Assembly (NCBI GenBank): GCA_966250755.1
Contig: CBININ010000001.1
Coordinates: 1-39,470, forward strand
DNA length: 39,470 bases
Reading direction: 5' to 3'
Source of the DNA: an uncultured Gammaproteobacteria bacterium
GTDB lineage: Bacteria > Pseudomonadota > Gammaproteobacteria > Xanthomonadales > Xanthomonadaceae
Below are positions 20,031 to 27,258 of this stretch, in pieces. The notes under the pieces were generated by a model. That model did not search any database. It saw only the letters and a list, made by a program, of their open reading frames with translations, and was not told the DNA's origin. The stretch's first letter is position 1, and each line of letters starts with the position of its first letter. Made by a program: the position numbers and the translations under genes.

Positions 20031-20061
20031 AAAAGAAAACGCCGGGCTTTCGCCCGGCGTT
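20031..20061 (-). terminator. Rho-independent terminator of the cold-shock gene
   Basis: Minus strand AACGCCGGGC-GAAA-GCCCGGCGTT then TTCTTTT, about 26 nt after the csp stop. Confidence 0.85.
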
Positions 20062-20087
20062 CGCTTCAATCGCGATGTGCGAGTGGA

Positions 20088-20297
20088 TCAGGCGACCTGG
20101 ACGGCGTCAGCCTGCAGGCCCTTCTGGCCCTTCACCACGGTGAAGGTGACCTTCTGGCCTTCCTGCAGGGTCTTGAAGCCGGTGCCCTGGATGGAACGGA
20201 AGTGGACGAAAAGGTCCTCACCGCTCTCCGGGGTGATGAAGCCGAAGCCCTTGGCGTCGTTGAACCACTTGACGGTACCGCTCTGACGATCGGACAT
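20088..20297 (-). CDS. cold-shock protein (CspA family)
   Basis: [29 protein letters not shown] (RNP1/RNP2); AAGGAG RBS; relatively AT-rich upstream leader. Confidence 0.96.
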   Translation of the reverse strand: MSDRQSGTVKWFNDAKGFGFITPESGEDLFVHFRSIQGTGFKTLQEGQKVTFTVVKGQKGLQADAVQVA

Positions 20298-20507
20298 TGC
20301 TGTCTCCTTGTAACTTAGGTTTTTCGGGAACCGGAACACCCGGGTCCAGACTGAGTTGCAGGGAGCAAGCTTTGGAACGATGTAGCGGATCGTTGGATCA
20401 ACCGCACCGGGCCACAATACACGGTGACCCTGGCAAACACAGTGCCGCGACCATACACCGTTCGCCCGCGGATTGCCAGCCCGGGTTCAGGCCGACCCAC
20501 CGGCCGT

Positions 20508-21410
20508 TCAGCCAACCGGCGGTTCGATCGCCCGCTCCGTACCCGCCGCCACGCCGCGGAGGGCGGATCGGTAGCGCCGGCTGCAGGGAATGCGGCTGCC
20601 GTCGCGCATCAGCAGGCGGGCGTCGCCCGATTCCTGCGGCTGGATCTCGTCGATCCGGTCCAGGTGGACCATGTAGCTGCGATGCACGCGCACGAAGCGG
20701 GCCGGGTCCAGCCGCGGCTCCAGTGCCGCCATGGTGCTGCGCAACGGGTAGTCGTGGCCCCGCACCCGCAGGTTGACGTAGTTGCCGGAGGCCTGCAGCC
20801 ATTCGATGTCGTTGGCCGCCACGAGGAACTCCTTGCCCAGCTTTCGCACCAGGAAACGCTCGGGCCGCTCCACCGGTTCCACCGGCGGGCCCTCGTCCGG
20901 CGCCGCCAGCAGCCGGGCCTCGCCCTGCAGGCGTAGCAGCAGCAGCCGGTAGAGGGCCACGGTGAGCAGGATGCCGCTGTAGGTGCCGGCGTCCTTCAGG
21001 TACTCGTAGGCCAGCTCGCGCGGCCACGGGCCGAAGTCGTACTGCTGCCCCATCCGCGCGTAGACCTGCTGGCGGATCGCCACCATCAGCACGACGTGGA
21101 CGAGCGAGAAGGCCACCGAGCCCAGCAAATGCCAGGGCAGGTTGCGCCGCAGCAGGCCGAACTGGAGCGGCTTCCAGCGCTCGAACGCCAGCACCGCCGG
21201 CACCAGCGCCAGCAGCACCAGGTTGCTCGACCACTCCCACAGCACCGGCTGCCAGGCCGCGAACGGCAGGTGGGCACGGTCCACGTCCATCAGCACGATC
21301 ACGCTGTTGATGGTGGCCGCCATCAGGAAGTTGAAGACCCAGAAAGCGACCTCGAACGGTCGCCGCCAGGGCAGGTATCGCTGGAGGAAGAGCTGGCCCG
21401 GGTCGGTCAT
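20508..21410 (-). CDS. membrane-anchored LytTR-family transcriptional regulator
   Basis: About four hydrophobic segments, then a LytTR domain (IEWLQASGNYVNL, FVRVHRSYMV, IPCSRRYR). Confidence 0.9.
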   Translation of the reverse strand: MTDPGQLFLQRYLPWRRPFEVAFWVFNFLMAATINSVIVLMDVDRAHLPFAAWQPVLWEWSSNLVLLALVPAVLAFERWKPLQFGLLRRNLPWHLLGSVAFSLVHVVLMVAIRQQVYARMGQQYDFGPWPRELAYEYLKDAGTYSGILLTVALYRLLLLRLQGEARLLAAPDEGPPVEPVERPERFLVRKLGKEFLVAANDIEWLQASGNYVNLRVRGHDYPLRSTMAALEPRLDPARFVRVHRSYMVHLDRIDEIQPQESGDARLLMRDGSRIPCSRRYRSALRGVAAGTERAIEPPVG

Positions 21411-21562
21411 GGGCGCATTCTAGCGATCCGGGCCCGCCGGCCGGCCCGCGATCCGTCACCGGCGTCCACCGCTCGTCCCCGCGCGGTCGCGTCCGGGCCC
21501 CTGGCGGTTTCCCCGGTCCGGGACCCGGCCCAGTCTGGCGGCACGTTCCACCGGACCCCGCC

Positions 21563-22828
21563 ATGATCGCCCCGACCCTGCCCTCGCCCCGCCGCAACGA
21601 CATCGACGCCCTGCGCGCCCTCGCCTTCGCGCTGCTGATCCTCTACCACCTGTGCATGCTCTACGTGGCCGGCGAGGACTGGCACATCCGCAGCCCGCAT
21701 ACCTACGAGTGGCTGCAGCTGCCGATGCTCTTCGTGAACCGCTGGCGGATGGACCTGATCTTCCTGGTCTCCGGCATCGCCTCGGCCTTCCTGCTGAAGG
21801 CCGGCCAGCCCTGGCGCTTCCTGCGCCAGCGCAACAGGCGCCTGCTGCTGCCGCTGCTGTTCGGCTGCCTGGTGATCGTGCCGGTGCAGCCCTACGTGCA
21901 GGGCGTGGTGAACGGCGCGGTCGAGCCGGGCTTCCTGGCCTTCCTCGGCAGGTACTTCACCGGCGGGCCTTGGCCGGCCGAGGCCTTCGACGGCTGGAAG
22001 GACAGCTTCACCTGGAACCACCTGTGGTACCTGGCCTACCTTTGGGTCTACACCGCGGTGCTGGCCCTGCTGTGGCCGCTGCTCGACTCCGGCCCCGGCC
22101 GTGCCCTGCGGGCGCGCTTCACCGGCCTGCGCGGCGCCGCGCTGCTCCTGCTGCCGGCGCTGCCGTTGTTCGCCTTCACCTGGTCCATGCAGGCGCGCTT
22201 CCCGGAGACCGGGGACCTGTTCCACGACCACTACCGCAACGCCATGTACTTCACCTGCTTCCTCTACGGCGTGCTGATCGCCCGCGACACGGCGCTGTGG
22301 GCGGAGATCCGGCGATTGCGCCGCACCAGCCTGCTGCTCGCCCTGGCGATGGTCACGCCCTACCTCGTGCTGGTGCGAATGCTGCCCGACGACATCGGCG
22401 CGGCCACGCAGGCACTGGTGTGGGCCCTGCGCAACGTCTACGTGTGGTCCATGCTGCTGGCGATCCTGGGCTACGGCGCGCAGTACCTCGACCGCCCGTT
22501 CCGCTGGCTGCCGTGGGCGCGCGAGGCGGTGTATCCCTGGTACCTGCTGCACCAGAGCCTGATCGTGCTGCTGGCTTACTGGATCATCCCGTGGAAGCTG
22601 TCGGGACCGCTCGAGGCGCTCGTGGTGCTGGCCGGCACCGTGGCCGGTTGCTGGATCGTCTTCGCTGGCGTGCGCCGGGTGCGCTGGCTGCGCCCACTGT
22701 TCGGCCTAGCGGCTGACGCGCCACGACAGCATGCGGCCGTCGCGGTAGGGCATGACGCCGTGGAAGGGCCGCGGGTCGCCGTCGAAGACCAGCGGCAGGA
22801 AGTGCCGGTCGCCTTCCCACAGCGGTAG
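21563..22828 (+). CDS. acyltransferase family 3 (OpgC/MdoC-like integral membrane acyltransferase)
   Basis: RRNDIDALRALAF...YH, WRMDLIFLVSG, RRLLLPLLFG, WNHLWYLAYL, YPWYLLHQ; 3' end overlaps the NUDIX gene. Confidence 0.88.
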   Translation: MIAPTLPSPRRNDIDALRALAFALLILYHLCMLYVAGEDWHIRSPHTYEWLQLPMLFVNRWRMDLIFLVSGIASAFLLKAGQPWRFLRQRNRRLLLPLLFGCLVIVPVQPYVQGVVNGAVEPGFLAFLGRYFTGGPWPAEAFDGWKDSFTWNHLWYLAYLWVYTAVLALLWPLLDSGPGRALRARFTGLRGAALLLLPALPLFAFTWSMQARFPETGDLFHDHYRNAMYFTCFLYGVLIARDTALWAEIRRLRRTSLLLALAMVTPYLVLVRMLPDDIGAATQALVWALRNVYVWSMLLAILGYGAQYLDRPFRWLPWAREAVYPWYLLHQSLIVLLAYWIIPWKLSGPLEALVVLAGTVAGCWIVFAGVRRVRWLRPLFGLAADAPRQHAAVAVGHDAVEGPRVAVEDQRQEVPVAFPQR

Positions 22829-23191
22829 CCGATCGATCGCCTCGATCTCCACCCATTCCAGGCTGCCCTCGGCGTTCGCCGCCGGGGGCTCGCCGCGCCA
22901 GTCGGGGATCAGGAAGACGAAGCCGAACCAGTCCTCGCCCTGCTTGCCGAAACCCGGCCAGCTGAGGGTGCCGCGCAGTTCCAGCGCCAGGCATTCCACG
23001 CCCGCCTCTTCCAGGATCTCGCGGCGCATGCCGCTGGCGACGTCCTCGTCGGCCTCGAGCTTGCCGCCCAGCCCGTTGTACTTGCCCAGGTGCTGGTCGC
23101 CGGGCCGCGCGTTGCGGTGGACCATCAGCACGCGCCGCCGATCGGGCGAGAGCAGGTAACCGAGGGTGGCGAGGATCGGCTGGTAGGGCAT
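22706..23191 (-). CDS. NUDIX hydrolase, 8-oxo-dGTPase (MTH1/MutX-like)
   Basis: Nudix box GGKLEADEDVASGMRREILEEAG, EGSLEWV, LPLWEGDRHF; start MPYQPI (23191) or 23203. Confidence 0.9.
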   Translation of the reverse strand: MPYQPILATLGYLLSPDRRRVLMVHRNARPGDQHLGKYNGLGGKLEADEDVASGMRREILEEAGVECLALELRGTLSWPGFGKQGEDWFGFVFLIPDWRGEPPAANAEGSLEWVEIEAIDRLPLWEGDRHFLPLVFDGDPRPFHGVMPYRDGRMLSWRVSR

Positions 23192-23293
23192 GCGGGCAGC
23201 CATCGAATCGAAGGTGCGGGGAGCCTACCCGATGCGCGTGGCGCTGGCTTACCATCCACTCCGGCAATCCCGCCGTGACCGATCGGAGTCCTT

Positions 23294-23392
23294 ATGTCCA
23301 AGGGCATGGACCAGAAGAAGCAGGAAAAGAAGAAGCCGGCCAAGACGCTGAAGGAAAAGCGCGCCGACAAGGCCGCCAAGAAGGCGAAGTAA
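23294..23392 (+). CDS. small lysine-rich protein, 32 aa (MSKGMDQKKQEKKKPAKTLKEKRADKAAKKAK)
   Basis: GGAG RBS at 23285-23288, ATG 23294, TAA 23390-23392; all 13 Lys codons are AAG (host-like); too short for the ORF track. Confidence 0.8.
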   Translation: MSKGMDQKKQEKKKPAKTLKEKRADKAAKKAK

Positions 23393-24654
23393 GCATCGCC
23401 CGGCCCACGCTGGCGGTGGTGGGCGGCGGTCCGGCCGGCCTGATGGCCGCCGAAGCCGCCCTCGCCGCCGGTGTCGGCGTCGATCTCTACGAATCCCGCG
23501 GCTCGGTCGGGCGCAAGTTCCTGATCGCCGGCCGCGGCGGGCTCAACCTCACCCATTCCGAGGCACTGCCGGCGTTCGCCGCGCGTTACGGCGCGCGCGC
23601 CGAGGCCGTCGCCGGCTGGCTGCGCGACTTCGACAACGAGGCGCTTCGCGCCTGGGCCGTGGCGCTTGGCGTGGACACCTTCATCGGCAGCTCCGGCCGC
23701 GTCTTTCCCACGGACATGAAGGCGGCACCGCTGCTGCGCGCCTGGTTGCATCGCCTGCGCGGCGCCGGCCTGCGCATCCACGTGCGCCATCGCTGCCTGG
23801 GATGGAGCGCCGACGGTGCGCTGCGCTTCGAAACGCCGGAAGGCGAACGCCGGGTCGGTGCCGAGGCGACGGTGCTCGCGCTGGGCGGCGCGTCCTGGCC
23901 GCAACTCGGTTCCGACGGCGCGTGGACGGCGTGGCTGGACGCCGGTGCGGACGCGATCGCACCCCTGCGCCCGGCCAACGCCGGCTTCGACGTGGACTGG
24001 AGCGAGATCTTCTCGACGCGCTTCGCCGGCGCACCGGTCAAGCGCGCGCGACTGCGCGTGGTGGATGCCGCCGGCGCGGGCGATTGGCGCGACGGCGAGT
24101 TCGTGGTCAGCGCCACGGGCATCGAGGGCGGCCTCGTGTACGCCCTGGCGCCGCGCGTGCGAGATGCCCTCGAAGCCGGACAGGAGGCCCGCTTCGAACT
24201 GGACCTCGCGCCAACCCGCAGCGAATCCGCGATCGCGGCGCTGCTCGCGGCGCCGCGGGCGGGGCGATCGCTCAGCGACGTGCTGCGGCGGCGTCTCGGT
24301 TTCGATCCGCTCCGCATCGGCCTGGTCCACGAATGCGTGCCGTCGGAGGCGCGGGCCGATGCCGCCCGGCTGGCGATGGCGATCAAGGCGCTACCCTTGC
24401 GGCCGCGCCGCCCGCGGCCGATCGCCGAGGCGATCAGCAGCGCCGGCGGCGTACGCCTGGAGGCGCTCGACGAGGGCCTGATGCTGGCAAGCCGCCCGGG
24501 CGTGTTCTGCGCCGGCGAGATGCTCGATTGGGAAGCACCGACCGGCGGCTACCTGCTCGCTGCCAGCTTCGCCAGCGGGCTGCGCGCCGGGCGTGTGGCC
24601 GCGCACTGGCTGGCCGTCCACCGAACGGGGCTTTCGCCAAGCGCGGCTTTGTGA
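23389..24654 (+). CDS. HI0933/BaiN-like NAD(P)/FAD-dependent flavoprotein (TIGR03862-type); start codon uncertain
   Basis: VVGGGPAGLMAA, GRKFLIAGRGGLNLTH, GSSGRVFP, AISSAGGV, CAGEMLDWEAPTGGYLL; no ATG upstream of the FAD motif. Confidence 0.85.
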   Translation, partial: VSIARPTLAVVGGGPAGLMAAEAALAAGVGVDLYESRGSVGRKFLIAGRGGLNLTHSEALPAFAARYGARAEAVAGWLRDFDNEALRAWAVALGVDTFIGSSGRVFPTDMKAAPLLRAWLHRLRGAGLRIHVRHRCLGWSADGALRFETPEGERRVGAEATVLALGGASWPQLGSDGAWTAWLDAGADAIAPLRPANAGFDVDWSEIFSTRFAGAPVKRARLRVVDAAGAGDWRDGEFVVSATGIEGGLVYALAPRVRDALEAGQEARFELDLAPTRSESAIAALLAAPRAGRSLSDVLRRRLGFDPLRIGLVHECVPSEARADAARLAMAIKALPLRPRRPRPIAEAISSAGGVRLEALDEGLMLASRPGVFCAGEMLDWEAPTGGYLLAASFASGLRAGRVAAHWLAVHRTGLSPSAAL

Positions 24655-24733
24655 TGGAATTCACGCCGACCGGGCCCGCCCGGCCGCTGCGCTCCCCCCG
24701 GCCGGCAATCTCCACCACGTCGAGGGACCCGCG

Positions 24734-24988
24734 ATGCCGCAGATGGATATCGAACGCCGGAAGACGCTCCGTGAACTGTCCAGCGTCCTCAAGCGCGAAC
24801 TCAACGACGCCCAGCTCTCGACCCTGCACGGCCTCGAGCAGTTCGGCTGGGAGCTCAAGTTCGTCCGTCGCAAGCCCTTCCAGCCGCCGGTCGCGGTGGT
24901 GTTCGACGGCGACCGCCGGAACTTCGCCGTGCTCGAACTCGATGGCAGCCTCAACGAGAATCCCGGCTTCGACATCCGCCAGGGCTGA
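24734..24988 (+). CDS. small hypothetical protein (84 aa)
   Basis: GAGG RBS, ATG 24734, host-like codon usage; MPQMDIERRK...LEQFGWELKFVRR...NENPGFDIRQG. Confidence 0.75.
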   Translation: MPQMDIERRKTLRELSSVLKRELNDAQLSTLHGLEQFGWELKFVRRKPFQPPVAVVFDGDRRNFAVLELDGSLNENPGFDIRQG

Positions 24989-24991
24989 GGC

Positions 24992-25645
24992 ATGAGCGAC
25001 GCGCCGGCAGACCCGCCTGCCCTGCCCGCGCTCGACGCCGTCGAAGCCCGGATCCTCGGCGCGCTGGTCGAAAAGCAGGCCACCACGCCGGAGGCCTACC
25101 CGCTGACCGCCAACGCGGTGCAGCTGGCCTGCAACCAGAAGAACAACCGCGACCCGGTGCTGGAACTCGAGGCCGGCGAGATCGGCCACGCCTTGCGCGC
25201 GATGGAGCAGCGCGGCCTGGTGCGCTCCGTGCACGGCGCCCGCGCCCAGCGCTACGAGCATCGCTTCGCGCAGGCCTACTCGGTGACGCTCAAGCAGCAG
25301 GCCTTGCTGTCGGTGCTGATGCTGCGTGGGCCGCAGACCGCCGCCGAACTGCTCGCCCGCTGCGAGCGCCTGCAGGCCTTCGAAGGAGTGGACGAGGTGC
25401 GCGAGACCCTGGACCGCCTGCAGCAACGTGGTCTGGCCCTGCGACTGGCGCGTGGCGCCGGGCAGCGCGAGGATCGCTACCTTCACCTGCTGTGCGGGCC
25501 GGTGGACGAGGCCGCGCTGCCGCCGCCGGCGCCCCCGCGGCGCGCCGAAGCAGAAGGCACGATCGAGGCGCGCCTGCGCGAACTCGAAGAGCGGGTGGCG
25601 AAACTCGAAGCCGCGCTGGGTGGTACCGGCCAGGCCGCCGACTAG
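24992..25645 (+). CDS. yceH: YceH/DUF480 family protein
   Basis: EARILGALVEKQATTPEAYPLT, ACNQKNNRDPV, LRGPQT, QREDRYLHLL. Confidence 0.9.
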   Translation: MSDAPADPPALPALDAVEARILGALVEKQATTPEAYPLTANAVQLACNQKNNRDPVLELEAGEIGHALRAMEQRGLVRSVHGARAQRYEHRFAQAYSVTLKQQALLSVLMLRGPQTAAELLARCERLQAFEGVDEVRETLDRLQQRGLALRLARGAGQREDRYLHLLCGPVDEAALPPPAPPRRAEAEGTIEARLRELEERVAKLEAALGGTGQAAD

Positions 25646-26253
25646 CGCGAGAGCGGCGCGGCCAGCTGTTGCAGGAAGTGCGGGAACACCCGCGGCTCGA
25701 TGACGAGGGTGAACGCCACGCCGAAGGCCGCGCCCCAGAGGTGGGCGCTATGGTTGGTGCGGTCGCCGCCGCGGCGTTCGGACCAGACGCTGTACCAGAC
25801 GTAGAGGCCGGCGAACACGATGGCCGGCACCGGCACGATGAAGAAGATGCCGAGCATTCCCCAAGGCTCGAAGAGGATCGAGGCGAACAGCACCGCCGAC
25901 ACCGCGCCCGAGGCCCCGAGGCTGTAATAGCGCGCGTCGTCGCGGTGCTTGTGGTAACTCGGAAGGATCGAGGCCACCAGCGCGGCCACGTAGAAGATCG
26001 CGAACCCGGCCACGCCCAGCTTGTCGGCGTAGAAGCCTTCCATCACCCGCCCGAAGAAATACAGGGTGAGCATGTTGAACAGCAGGTGCATGAAGTCGGC
26101 ATGGATGAGCCCGTAGCTCACCAGCCGGTACCACTCCTTCTTGCGGTTCACCGCCGGCGGCCAGAGGATCAGCTTGTCCAGCAGCCTCGTGTTGTTCATC
26201 GCCGCGAAGCTCACCGCGCAGGTGATCGCGACCAGGATCAGGGTGATGGTCAT
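25642..26253 (-). CDS. rhomboid intramembrane serine protease
   Basis: WYRL, HADFMHLLFNM, GASG (catalytic Ser), AHLWGA (catalytic His); start MTITLIL (26253). Confidence 0.92.
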   Translation of the reverse strand: MTITLILVAITCAVSFAAMNNTRLLDKLILWPPAVNRKKEWYRLVSYGLIHADFMHLLFNMLTLYFFGRVMEGFYADKLGVAGFAIFYVAALVASILPSYHKHRDDARYYSLGASGAVSAVLFASILFEPWGMLGIFFIVPVPAIVFAGLYVWYSVWSERRGGDRTNHSAHLWGAAFGVAFTLVIEPRVFPHFLQQLAAPLSR

Positions 26254-27191
26254 GGCGGCGAGTCTAGCGCGCCCCGCGCCGGCGCGGTCACAGGCGCCGC
26301 CAACAGCTCGCCGAGGTCCGCGTCCTTCTCGATCCACATGCCGTTGATCCAGCGCTGCACGCTCGCGCGCGCCTGCGGGTCGGCCTCGTAGTCGATGTCC
26401 TGCAGCGGCGCGGGGATCGGCCGCTCGCGGATGCGCAGGCGCACGTCCGGGATGCGGCCGGCCACGAGGTCGAGCAGCGTCGGCACGCCCGCGGGATAGG
26501 CAATCGCCACGTCCACGACCGAATGCAATGCGCCGTCCATGGCCTCCAGCGTGAAGCCCACGCCGCCGGCCTTGGGCTTGAGCAGGTGCCGGTAGGGCGA
26601 AGCCTGGCGCGCGTGCTTGGCCGGCGTGAAACGGGTGCCCTCGACGAAGTTCATGATCGCCACCGGCAGGCCCTTGAACTTCCCGCAGGCGCGCCGCGTG
26701 GCCTCCATGTCCCGGCGCGCGAGCTCGGGGCGCCTGGCCAGCTCCCGGCGCGAGGCGCGGCGCATGAAGGGAAAGTCCAGCGCCCACCACGCCAGGCCCA
26801 GCAAGGGCACCCAGATCAGCTGGCGCTTGAGGAAGAAGCGCATGAGGGGCATGCGCCGGTTGAGCGCGGTCTGCAGCACGATGATGTCCACCCAGCTCTG
26901 GTGGTTGGCCAGCACCAGGTAATGGCCGTCGGCGCGCAGCCCCTCGCCGCCCTCGACGTGCAGGCGCGTCGGCGTGAAGCCGCGCACCAGCGCCGCGTTG
27001 ACGCCGATCCAGCTCTCGGCCATCCGCACCAGCACGCGGCCGCAGGCGCGACCGGCGGCGCCGGGCAGCAGCCGGCGCAGCAAGGCCACCGCCAGCAAGG
27101 GCAGCACGTGCAGGACCGTGCTGGCGGCGATCAGCAGCCAGACGAGCGGAACACGCAGGATGGCGGGCAGGCGCGCGAACATGGCGCGCAT
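26250..27191 (-). CDS. lysophospholipid acyltransferase, PlsC/YihG-like
   Basis: NHQSWVD (HX4D), FFLKRQL, NFVEGTRF, LLKPKAGG. Confidence 0.9.
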   Translation of the reverse strand: MRAMFARLPAILRVPLVWLLIAASTVLHVLPLLAVALLRRLLPGAAGRACGRVLVRMAESWIGVNAALVRGFTPTRLHVEGGEGLRADGHYLVLANHQSWVDIIVLQTALNRRMPLMRFFLKRQLIWVPLLGLAWWALDFPFMRRASRRELARRPELARRDMEATRRACGKFKGLPVAIMNFVEGTRFTPAKHARQASPYRHLLKPKAGGVGFTLEAMDGALHSVVDVAIAYPAGVPTLLDLVAGRIPDVRLRIRERPIPAPLQDIDYEADPQARASVQRWINGMWIEKDADLGELLAAPVTAPARGALDSPP

Positions 27192-27258
27192 TGTCGCAAA
27201 TTTACTTGCACGCGCCGGGTCGGGCATCATCCGCCGACCCCTTCGCCGGACCCACGCC

